Translations under genes and position numbers: made by a program
NCBI GenBank assembly: GCA_040756235.1
Contig: JBFLZG010000009.1
Location: 1 to 31,716, forward strand
Source: a bacterium
GTDB taxonomy: Bacteria; Desulfobacterota; DSWW01
Length of the DNA: 31,716 nt
Reading direction: 5' to 3'
The notes under the pieces: generated by a model
Told to the model about the DNA's origin: nothing
Database searches by the model: none
What the model saw: only the letters and a program-made list of their open reading frames with translations
Part shown: in pieces, positions 18,249-25,865 of the stretch
Numbering within the stretch: the first letter of the stretch is position 1
How the letters are laid out: every line of letters starts with the position of its first letter

Positions 18249-19304
18249 TCACATCACCCCGCGCTCTTGCCCAAGCCTTATCTGCATCTCAAGGAAGTTC
18301 TCCGGAACCGTGGCAGGCTCGGGTTTGTCCACGAGAGATATGGCCTCCTCCGGGCAGGTCGGCACGCAGACGCCACAGCCTATGCATCTGGCTGTATCCA
18401 CTTCGTACGCTTCGTCGCCTTCCTTGATGGCCTTGATCTGGCAGCGGCCCTCGCAGGTTCCGCACATCACGCAGGTCTCAGGATCGATTCTTGCCTGGTA
18501 AGCGGACTGCACTTGATCAGCTGGCCGTTCAAACTTCTGCAGGGTCCGCATCACCGCGCAACAGCATCCGCAGCACAAACAGATATTCATGATTTCTTTG
18601 GCATTCGTGGGGCTGAACACCAGCGCCTGTTCCTCTCCCATCTTGAGAAGACCCGCGAGCTCGTCCTGGGTAATCTGCCTGGCCATCCCGTTGTCAAGGT
18701 AGAACTGGGCAAACATGTCGAACAGGATGCAGCGTTCCTGGGGCCGATCGCACTTGTGCCCCACAAGCTCCTGCTCCTTCGTGCAGATGCAAGGCGCCAC
18801 GGCAATCAGCTGCTTGCCCTTCACCAGTTCACAGACCTGGTTGTAGGTGGCCACCTGTTTGTCGCCCCCCAGGGCTGCGCCAACGGGCACGACCCGGAGT
18901 TGTTTTGTCTTGACCGACTTCCAGACCTCTCCAATGTGTGGCAAATACTCTTCCATCAGCTCTGAAAGCTCGCGGTCGATCTTGTTCAAATGGAACTCGT
19001 AGATGCCAATCATGTAGGAGACCGCACCGTACATGGCCTGGTCCCCGGCACGGACACGCACGATCAGGCCACCTTGGGCCATCGATTCGAGAGCCTTTGC
19101 GGCCTTGGCTTCGTCCATGCCGATTCTCGGTGCGATTTGAGCCACCGGCTCGGGCATGCCGGTCAGCTTCATCGTGATCTCTGCCTGCTCCGGCGTGAAG
19201 AGCTTCTTCAGGATCTTCATCTCCACACCGCTCTCTGTCGTTGGATAACCTCCTGGCATGTTGTCCAGGAACTCTCGCAGTCTGGCATAGACGTCATTCG
19301 TCAT
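18249..19304 (-). CDS. multi-Fe-S (4Fe-4S dicluster) protein, paralog B
   Basis: CIC..C..C, CLCCGCCC and C-terminal 2x ferredoxin motifs; start MTNDVY after SD GGAGGAG. Confidence 0.88.
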   Translation of the reverse strand: MTNDVYARLREFLDNMPGGYPTTESGVEMKILKKLFTPEQAEITMKLTGMPEPVAQIAPRIGMDEAKAAKALESMAQGGLIVRVRAGDQAMYGAVSYMIGIYEFHLNKIDRELSELMEEYLPHIGEVWKSVKTKQLRVVPVGAALGGDKQVATYNQVCELVKGKQLIAVAPCICTKEQELVGHKCDRPQERCILFDMFAQFYLDNGMARQITQDELAGLLKMGEEQALVFSPTNAKEIMNICLCCGCCCAVMRTLQKFERPADQVQSAYQARIDPETCVMCGTCEGRCQIKAIKEGDEAYEVDTARCIGCGVCVPTCPEEAISLVDKPEPATVPENFLEMQIRLGQERGVM

Positions 19305-19575
19305 CTTCTCCTCCATTCAACCTGAATGAGTCCTTCCACTGTTACTGCGTCCTTACCCGAGAAGAGGTCCGAGGCTGTATTCGAACCTAAATCTGTCGTG
19401 ACAAGGAGGCCTGTATCACCCATCGTCGCGTCGGTCTTGTCGGTAGGTACCCTGTTCCTGAAATCTTCGTCTACTGCCTGGCCGAAGGAAGCGTCTTCCA
19501 ATCCGTCGCCATGGCTCCTCCTTATCAGGCAAGTACACCGGCCTGGCACTTCTCCGTTTGCGCCGCAGCCGCAAG

Positions 19576-20163
19576 TCAACGGCTGCGCCATCCGTCGATG
19601 AAGGCCCTGAGCATCTCGAAGTTGCGCCGGATGAGCTCGGGCTCCTTGTGGGTCTTGCGCAACAGGAAGGATCCCTGGATCTGGGCGAGCACGAACTCGG
19701 CGACCTGCTTGGAAGGCAGGTCTGCCTGGAAGACGCCCGTCTTCTTCCCTTCTTCGAAGCACTTCTCCGCCGCCTCCGTGCAGGCGCGGAACATCGCGCT
19801 CAACGACTCGCGCATCGGCTCGTGCAGGGCGCTGGTCTCCTGGGCGAGATTGCCGAACGGGCAGCCGAGCTCCCCTATCGGAGACATCCCGAGGGCCATC
19901 ATGCGGTCCAGAAAGGCGTGGATCCGCTGCCCGGGCTCGAGGTCGCTCTTGACCAGGGACGGCTCGATCGCAAGGAGGTAGAACTGGCGCATCCGGAAGG
20001 CGAGCACCTCGAAGCCGAGCTGCTCCTTGCTATCAAAGTGGTAGTAAAAATTGCTCTTGGTGACCGAGGCGGCTTCCAGGATGTCCTGGACGCTCGTGTG
20101 ATTGAGCCCCTTGGCGTGGATCAGGTCAGCGGCTTTGGCGAGGATCTTGTCTCGGCTTTTCAT
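19576..20163 (-). CDS. TetR/AcrR-family transcriptional regulator (NemR-like)
   Basis: HTH KGLNHTSVQDIL..VTKSNFYYHFDSKEQL; GCPFGNLAQE C-terminal motif. Confidence 0.93.
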   Translation of the reverse strand: MKSRDKILAKAADLIHAKGLNHTSVQDILEAASVTKSNFYYHFDSKEQLGFEVLAFRMRQFYLLAIEPSLVKSDLEPGQRIHAFLDRMMALGMSPIGELGCPFGNLAQETSALHEPMRESLSAMFRACTEAAEKCFEEGKKTGVFQADLPSKQVAEFVLAQIQGSFLLRKTHKEPELIRRNFEMLRAFIDGWRSR

Positions 20164-20208
20164 TGTGATTTGAGCAGTTGCAGGGGCGCTATGCGGTGGG
20201 CTGGAAAA

Positions 20209-20259
20209 TTAGTACCGACTGGTTGGTCCTAAAATATTAGGAACACAGGTCGGAGTCAA
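20209..20259 (-). promoter_or_regulatory. sigma70 promoter with overlapping palindromic TetR operator
   Basis: Minus strand TTGACT (20259-20254)-17 bp-TATTTT (20236-20231); imperfect palindrome TTAGTACCGACTGGTTGGTCCTAA at 20209-20232. Confidence 0.72.
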
Positions 20260-20293
20260 GAAAAAAATCGAGGGGGACGGCCGCAGGCTCTTC

Positions 20294-20464
20294 GCAGGGG
20301 CGACCGGCCGGTCGCCCCTACAACTCTTCCGGTAGGTCCTTTGGAAAAGGGAGGTCAGGGGGGATTTGTGGAGCCGGGGGGGTGGGGGAGAGGTAAGGGT
20401 GAGGGGGAAACGGGAGCAGATGCACCCCTCATCCTGACCTTCTCCCCTCGGCGAGGGGAGAAGG
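20294..20464. repeat. repeat mosaic: GTAG-REP palindrome, family D, family C
   Basis: GCAGGGGCGACCGGCCGGTCGCCCCTAC (20294-20321); CCTTTGGAAAAGGGAGGTCAGGGGGGATTT (20338-20367); 20384-20464 matches the 9382 copy. Confidence 0.85.
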
Positions 20465-20479
20465 TGCGAAGAAATCGCG

Positions 20480-21346
20480 TCACCCGGCGCGGAATTTCTC
20501 GTCGAGCGCGTACTTCTGCTGGAGACCGAGCAGCGAAGTGAAATCCTGGAAGGACATGAGTCGGTCCTCCAGACCGGCCGAAGTACCGCAGGCGAGCAGG
20601 TGCCGATAGGCATCCTCCAGCGCCCTGGCCGCCGCGAAGATCCCGGTCAGCACGTAGCCGACGTTGACGAACCCCATCTCGTGGCAGGCTTCGAGCGACA
20701 GAAGCGGCGTCCTGCCGCCCTCGATCATGTTGACGACGAGCGGACCCGGGACTTCCTTCACGATGCGGCGCATCTCTTCCACGGTTTCCGGCGCCTCGAC
20801 GAAGATGAGGTCGGCGCCCGCCTCCCTGTAGGCGCGGCCGCGCCGGATCGCTTCATCGAGCCCCAGGGGCGCCCTCGCGTCGGTCCTGGCGATGATGAGA
20901 AAGGATGTCTGCTCGCCCCTGGCCTCCTTGGCCGCCCGGATCTTCTGGGCGTGCTCCTCCCAAGGGATCACGCTCTTGCCCCGCATGTGGCCGCACCGCT
21001 TGGGCCACGTCTGGTCCTCGAGGATGATCCCCCGGGCGCCCATGGCGACGAGCTCGTTGACCATGCGGATCACGTTGAGGGCGCTCCCGTAGCCCGTGTC
21101 CCCGTCGACCATCACGGCGATCTTCACCGCCCGGCACACCCGGCGCGCGATGTCCAGGATCTCAGTCTGGGTGAGAAGCCCGAAGTCGGGCTCGCCGAGG
21201 TAGCTGGCGGCTGCCCCGAAGCCGGTGAGCACCACGGCCGGGAACCCGGCCCGCTCGGCCAGCTTGGCGCTGAGCACGTCGTACACGCCTGCCGAAAGAA
21301 AAATCCGATGTTCGGCCAGCAAGGGATGCAGCTTGGGCTTGTCCAT
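20480..21346 (-). CDS. isocitrate lyase / PEP mutase superfamily lyase (PrpB / 2,3-dimethylmalate lyase-like)
   Basis: DGDTGYG, LEDQTWPKRCGH, IIARTDA, IFVEAP; SD GGAGG. Confidence 0.92.
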   Translation of the reverse strand: MDKPKLHPLLAEHRIFLSAGVYDVLSAKLAERAGFPAVVLTGFGAAASYLGEPDFGLLTQTEILDIARRVCRAVKIAVMVDGDTGYGSALNVIRMVNELVAMGARGIILEDQTWPKRCGHMRGKSVIPWEEHAQKIRAAKEARGEQTSFLIIARTDARAPLGLDEAIRRGRAYREAGADLIFVEAPETVEEMRRIVKEVPGPLVVNMIEGGRTPLLSLEACHEMGFVNVGYVLTGIFAAARALEDAYRHLLACGTSAGLEDRLMSFQDFTSLLGLQQKYALDEKFRAG

Positions 21347-21468
21347 GGGCTCTCTCCTCCAATCAGGTGTGAGTCCTGTCGCGGCTGTGCCGTTTCGGAC
21401 CCAAGGGCGAGACTACCACAGACCAGCCGGACCCGAGAAGCGAGAGGCGCGGCTATCGCCTGCCTCTT

Positions 21469-21620
21469 GCAGGGGCGCTGCCTGCTGCGCTCGACCTTAC
21501 AGCGACGTGTTTCCGTAAGTCGCCTTGTACGTTAGCGACGTGGCGCCTGGCAGCAAGTGCGGAGATTGCGAGGCCCGCAGGGCCGCGGCAACCCCCGTGT
21601 TTCAGGGGGATCGCCACGGG
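21469..21620. repeat. degenerate GTAG-REP and TTGCGAG..GGCAA hairpin repeats
   Basis: GCAGGGGCGCTGCCTGCTGCGCTC resembles 21938; GATTGCGAGGCCCGCAGGGCCGCGGCAACC resembles 11390. Confidence 0.65.
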
Positions 21621-21844
21621 CGCGAAATCCGGCTTTGTGATGCATCGGTTGCCGTGCCCCGCTCGCACTTCCTGGTCGTGAGGTCGGCCCGCACGGTCTC
21701 TATCTGCGGCAGCGGAAGCAGCTCTTCCCGGCCGCAGGTCGGATCTGCCCCGCCCCTCCCGGCCCGTCGTGTGCCGCATTTTGCCCCCGTGGTGTGCAGC
21801 AAGTGCCGAATGTTGCGGCTGCCGGAGCGGCCGCGAGTCCCCCG

Positions 21845-22008
21845 GTAGGATGGACAAAGCCCCGGGCGTGTCCACCAACCCCTGAAACCCGCGAGCCGCC
21901 GAGGCCGCCGTGCCCGCCCCTGCTTCTGCCTTGCCTTGTAGGGGCGCTGCTTGCTGCGCCCGCCCCCTTCTCTCCTCCCCCTTTGAAAAAGGGGGGTAGG
22001 GGGGATTT
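21845..22008. repeat. repeat mosaic: family A, GTAG-REP, family D
   Basis: GTAGGATGGACAAAGCCCCGGGCGTGTCCACC; GTAGGGGCGCTGCTTGCTGCGCCC (21938); CCCCCTTTGAAAAAGGGGGGTAGGGGGGATTT (21977). Confidence 0.85.
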
Positions 22009-22032
22009 GATCGTGCCCCCGGTGCCCCGCGC

Positions 22033-22048
22033 CGGCACGCCCCGTGCA
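22033..22048 (+). promoter_or_regulatory. candidate sigma54 (-24/-12) promoter
   Basis: CGGCACGCCCCGTGCA: GG-N10-GC spacing, matches TGGCACG-N4-TTGCW with 2 mismatches; at the head of the Rieske operon. Confidence 0.55.
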
Positions 22049-22742
22049 TGAACCTGGGCGGAGGCAAGGCGAACCAACGGAAAATATCTTCCTTGGCCAG
22101 AGGAGACTCACAACGCTGCTGCGACAGGCCGGCAGAGAAGCGTCACCGGAACCTCCCTCTTCCCGGCCGGGCGCGAGCGCGAAGCCGGCCCCGGAAGGCT
22201 CGCATCCCGACCCGTGTCCTTCCGCGGAAGCCGGCGTGCCCTGCGGCCCGGTAGCGACAGAGCCGGCCGGCGGCCTGGCGTCGCGCCGGGATTTTCTCGC
22301 TCGTTCCGGTCAGGCGCTTGCCGGCGTCTGTGGGCTCGCCTTCACGGCAGGTGCCGTTCGGTTCGCCTTGCCGGCCTTCGAAGAAGGGTCGCCGCTCGAG
22401 CTCCCGCTGGGTCGCCTGGCCGATTTCGGGATGAACACGCTGACCCGGATCGAGGAGCGCGATCTGTTCGTCATGCGAACGCCGGACGGGGTCGGCGCAC
22501 TCTCTTCCCGTTGCACGCACCTGGGTTGCACGGTTCGACGGACCGGCGAAGGCTTCGTCTGCCCCTGCCACGGGGCGCGGTACGGCCTGCTGGGCGAGGT
22601 CGTCTCCGGCCCGGCCCGGCGCCCCCTTCCCTGGTACCCGGTCCGGCTCGAGGGAGACGGCCGACTGTGGGCGGATCTCCGCAAGCCGCTGGACGAACCG
22701 GGACCCGTGGCGATCGTCTTCCCCGACGAGGCTGAAGGATGA
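22044..22742 (+). CDS. Rieske 2Fe-2S subunit of a Rieske/cytochrome b complex
   Basis: Tat motif SRRDFL followed by a TM helix; CTHLGC and CPCHG boxes; GPA.RPL. Maximal ORF given; the true start is probably downstream (22113 or 22236). Confidence 0.9.
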   Translation: MHEPGRRQGEPTENIFLGQRRLTTLLRQAGREASPEPPSSRPGASAKPAPEGSHPDPCPSAEAGVPCGPVATEPAGGLASRRDFLARSGQALAGVCGLAFTAGAVRFALPAFEEGSPLELPLGRLADFGMNTLTRIEERDLFVMRTPDGVGALSSRCTHLGCTVRRTGEGFVCPCHGARYGLLGEVVSGPARRPLPWYPVRLEGDGRLWADLRKPLDEPGPVAIVFPDEAEG

Positions 22743-24142
22743 ATGTTGGCCGCTGGTCGACCCAGCCCGTCCGCCTCGCAGTCCCTCCAGCCCGCCTGAG
22801 GCCCGAGGCCTCCCCCGGCGCCGACGCCGGCTTCGGCCCTGGTCCGGAAACCGAGGGCCTCGCGCTCCGGATGCGCCGCAATTTCGTCTTTCATCTGCAC
22901 CCGGCGTGGGTCGCAGAGCGCACGCTGAAGCCCGCAACCACCTTCGGTCTGGGCATCCTGACGCTCACGTTCTCTGCGGCGCTGGCCGCGACCGGCGCCT
23001 TGCTCATGATCTACTACGTGCCCTCGACCCGGGAGGCTCTGGCGAGCACGCAGGACATCCAGTATGCCGTGGCGTACGGCTCGTTCGTCCGGGCCGTGCA
23101 CCGCTGGGCGGCTCACGGCATGGTGCTCGCGGCCTTCCTTCACCTTCTCAGGGTCGCCTTTTGCGGGGCCTACTTCCGCCGCAAGCTCAACTGGGTCATC
23201 GGCCTCCACCTGTTCCTGTTCACGCTCGGCCTCGCCTTCACCGGGTATCTGCTCCCATGGGACCAGCGTTCCTTCTGGGCCGTGAGCGTGTCCGCGGCCC
23301 TGCTGGACTGCGTCCCCTGGGCCGGAGAATGGCTGAAGCGGCTCCTTCTGGGAGGTCCAGAGGTCGGCCAGCCCGCGCTGGTCCGCTTTTACGCGCTGCA
23401 CGTCGCCATCCTGCCGGGCCTGATGGCCGGGCTCGTTGCCCTTCATCTCTGGCGCATCCGGAAGGACGGCGGGTTGGTCCGCGGCCGCAGCGAGGCTTCC
23501 GGGGAGGCCCCTGTCGTCCCTGCGTGGCCGCACCTGGTTCTGCGGGAGGCGATCCTCGTCCTCGCTCTGCTCACGCTCGTTTGCCTCGCGGGCACACTCG
23601 TGGCGGCTCCGCTGGGGGGAGCGCCGGACGTGCACAACCCTTCCAGTCCGCAGAAGACCCCCTGGTACTTCCTCTGGCTGCAGGAGATGGTGAGCTATTC
23701 GGCGCCGATCGGGGCCGGCGTGTTTCCCGGCGTTGTGCTCCTGGCGCTCCTGCTGCTGCCGTTCCTGGAACGCGAAGAGGACGGGGTCGGACGGTGGTTC
23801 GGCCCGCCGGGCCGGCGCATGGCGATCGGCGTGTCGGCGGCGGTCGCGCTTGTTTCCTTCATTCTCTTGGAATTGGTTTTCCTGCAGCAGGGGGTCGCCT
23901 CGTGGCTTGCATCCGGGCCGGCTCCGGTTCGCGACCTCCTCAACCCTGCGGCCGGCATGCTGGTGGTCGCGCTCGTCGTGTTCGCGGCAGCCGGGCGGCG
24001 GGCCCGCTCGGCCCGCACGGCCTGCCTCGCGGCAGGCGCGGTCCTCCTGGTCGCCGTGATCGGGTTCGGCGTCGTCGGCTGGTGTCGCGGGCCCATGTGG
24101 GTCTTCTTCTGGCCCTGGGAGGAGTGGTCCCTTGTCCCCTGA
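22739..24142 (+). CDS. cytochrome b (fused b6 + subunit IV type) with extra C-terminal helices
   Basis: Heme His pairs in VHRWAAH..FLH and ALH..ALH; TGYLLPWDQ; Qo-site TPWYF; ATGA overlap with the Rieske gene. Confidence 0.93.
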   Translation: MNVGRWSTQPVRLAVPPARLRPEASPGADAGFGPGPETEGLALRMRRNFVFHLHPAWVAERTLKPATTFGLGILTLTFSAALAATGALLMIYYVPSTREALASTQDIQYAVAYGSFVRAVHRWAAHGMVLAAFLHLLRVAFCGAYFRRKLNWVIGLHLFLFTLGLAFTGYLLPWDQRSFWAVSVSAALLDCVPWAGEWLKRLLLGGPEVGQPALVRFYALHVAILPGLMAGLVALHLWRIRKDGGLVRGRSEASGEAPVVPAWPHLVLREAILVLALLTLVCLAGTLVAAPLGGAPDVHNPSSPQKTPWYFLWLQEMVSYSAPIGAGVFPGVVLLALLLLPFLEREEDGVGRWFGPPGRRMAIGVSAAVALVSFILLELVFLQQGVASWLASGPAPVRDLLNPAAGMLVVALVVFAAAGRRARSARTACLAAGAVLLVAVIGFGVVGWCRGPMWVFFWPWEEWSLVP

Positions 24143-25199
24143 AGCCCTGCGCCGGGACCATCGCCGCCTGCGGCTCGTCTTCCTTCTCGCGGTCGGCGCA
24201 CAGATCGCAGCGCTGGCGCTGGTCACGGCGCGCGCCCGCGAAGCGCCCTGGAAGGTCCAGCAGAGGCGTTTCCATGAGCTGAACCTGGCCGGCGGCGGCT
24301 CGACGAACGGAGACTTTGCGCCGGCCATCGGCCAGTACTTCACCTGCGCATCCGAGGTCGATCGGTGCCCGAGCTGCCACTTGGCCATCGAGAGAACGGA
24401 TATGGCCGACGCCGGGATCCCCCTGCCGTTCCGGGGGCACGGACCCGGCCTGGGTGATCATCTTCCGGATCGGATCGGATGCTCGGCCTGCCACGGCGGC
24501 TGCGGCCGCTCCCTGGATCCGGAGGCCGCCCACGCCCTGGCGGACACGGGCGGCGAGCGGGACGCTCTGATGTGCGAGCCCCACATTCAGGCAAGCTGCG
24601 CCCGCTGTCACGTGCCCGGCGCCCGGGCGGGACAGGAGCGCCTGGAGCAGGGCGCCTGGCTCTATCTGGGACTGGGTTGCTCCGTCTGCCATCCGCTCGC
24701 CGAAGGGGGCCGCGGAGGGTTGGACTACGGACCGGACCTCGCGGCGATCGGCCGCAAGAGCACGGCCTGCCTGAAGACGAGCTTGTTCGATCCTGCCGCG
24801 AATTTTTCCGGCTCCACCATGCCGTCCTTTCGCCTCGCCCTGGAGAAGGAGCCCGAGGCCCTCGAGAGCCTGCTGATCTTTCTGGAGAGCCTGGCGCTGG
24901 ATCGCTACCCGGACTGCGCCGACAGAGAGAAGAGCCGGAGCCTGGTGGAAAGACCCTGCGCGGACTGCCACGGAGGCAAAGCGGGGCAGGCCGGTGGCCG
25001 CATGCGGCACCGCTGTTCGTATCTCGTCTCGCGGGCGGACGAGCTCCGGTGCGCCAACTGCCACGCTGCCCCGGGCGCGTCTCTGGGGTCGGGGAAGGCC
25101 GAGGCCCAGTGCCCGCTCCTCCGGCAGCACGGGGAAGCCTGTGCGGTCTGCCACGACTGCGCAAGGAAGTCCTCCTGGAAGGCAGGGAGCCAAAGGTGA
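24132..25199 (+). CDS. membrane-anchored multiheme cytochrome c (7 CxxCH)
   Basis: N-terminal TM; CPSCH, CSACH, CARCH, CSVCH, CADCH, CANCH, CAVCH; GPDL..MPSF; TTG start after GGAGGAG. Confidence 0.9.
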   Translation: MSPEALRRDHRRLRLVFLLAVGAQIAALALVTARAREAPWKVQQRRFHELNLAGGGSTNGDFAPAIGQYFTCASEVDRCPSCHLAIERTDMADAGIPLPFRGHGPGLGDHLPDRIGCSACHGGCGRSLDPEAAHALADTGGERDALMCEPHIQASCARCHVPGARAGQERLEQGAWLYLGLGCSVCHPLAEGGRGGLDYGPDLAAIGRKSTACLKTSLFDPAANFSGSTMPSFRLALEKEPEALESLLIFLESLALDRYPDCADREKSRSLVERPCADCHGGKAGQAGGRMRHRCSYLVSRADELRCANCHAAPGASLGSGKAEAQCPLLRQHGEACAVCHDCARKSSWKAGSQR

Positions 25200-25783
25200 G
25201 CTGTACTCGGCGGCAGGTCCTGATGGGGGGGCTGGCGGGCCTGGGATGGGCGGGCGCTTCCTGGGTCGTACCGAAGATCGCCCGAGCCGGCCTTCCCATT
25301 CCGGAGATGGCCGGGGCGTTCGAGGCCGGCGATAGACAGATCCTCGCCGCAGCCGTCGACCGGCTGCTTCCCGGCGCGGTGGAAGCCGGCGTGCCCGAAT
25401 ACCTTGACTACTGGCTCGTGCAGAAGCCCTTTCGATCCATCCGCGGCTATTTCGCAGAAGGAGCCCGGCACCTCGACGGCATGGCCCGACAGAGGTACGG
25501 CAAGCCCTTTGCCGGCTGCTCGGACGGCGAGCAGGACGCGATCCTTGCGGAGCTCGCTGTCGGACGTTACAGGGCCGCGAAGTTCAACGGCGCCGTCTTC
25601 TTCCAGCAGCTGATGGAGCTCACGCTGGAAGGGTTCTTCTCGGACCCCAGGTACGGGGGAAACCGCAACCGGGCCGGCTGGGAGCTCATCGGCATCCCGG
25701 ACGGCCTGCGCTCCTGCTGGTGGAACCCGCACGGAGTGCAAAGGGTGCTATCTCCAAGCTCGTACACAGGTCTTCAGGATTGA
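25196..25783 (+). CDS. gluconate 2-dehydrogenase subunit 3-family Tat protein
   Basis: Tat TRRQVL; PGAVEAGVPEYLD; TLEGFFSDPRYGGNRN..GW.LIG; GTGA overlap with the cytochrome c gene. Confidence 0.9.
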   Translation: MSCTRRQVLMGGLAGLGWAGASWVVPKIARAGLPIPEMAGAFEAGDRQILAAAVDRLLPGAVEAGVPEYLDYWLVQKPFRSIRGYFAEGARHLDGMARQRYGKPFAGCSDGEQDAILAELAVGRYRAAKFNGAVFFQQLMELTLEGFFSDPRYGGNRNRAGWELIGIPDGLRSCWWNPHGVQRVLSPSSYTGLQD

Positions 25784-25865
25784 GTGAGGACCAGCCGCTC
25801 AACAGGAGGGGCGGCAATCGGCGGCCTGCAATCCGCGGACGTCGCGCGAGCGCCGCAAGCCAACC

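Noticed and set aside
18212..18250. Intrinsic terminator after FeS-B
   Set aside because: A hairpin is present but the U tract is interrupted and the next gene starts about 60 bp after the stop; too weak to call
19387..19473. Pyrrolysine read-through of the micro-ORF TAG
   Set aside because: The downstream frame stops after 27 codons with no recognisable domain, and no pyl genes are in the window
21602..22111. Hypothetical ORFs in the lyase-Rieske spacer
   Set aside because: Largely composed of repeat-derived sequence, with no protein motifs
24479..25195. 434-aa ORF as a long dehydrogenase subunit
   Set aside because: The first part overlaps the cytochrome c gene out of frame; the Tat motif places the start at 25196
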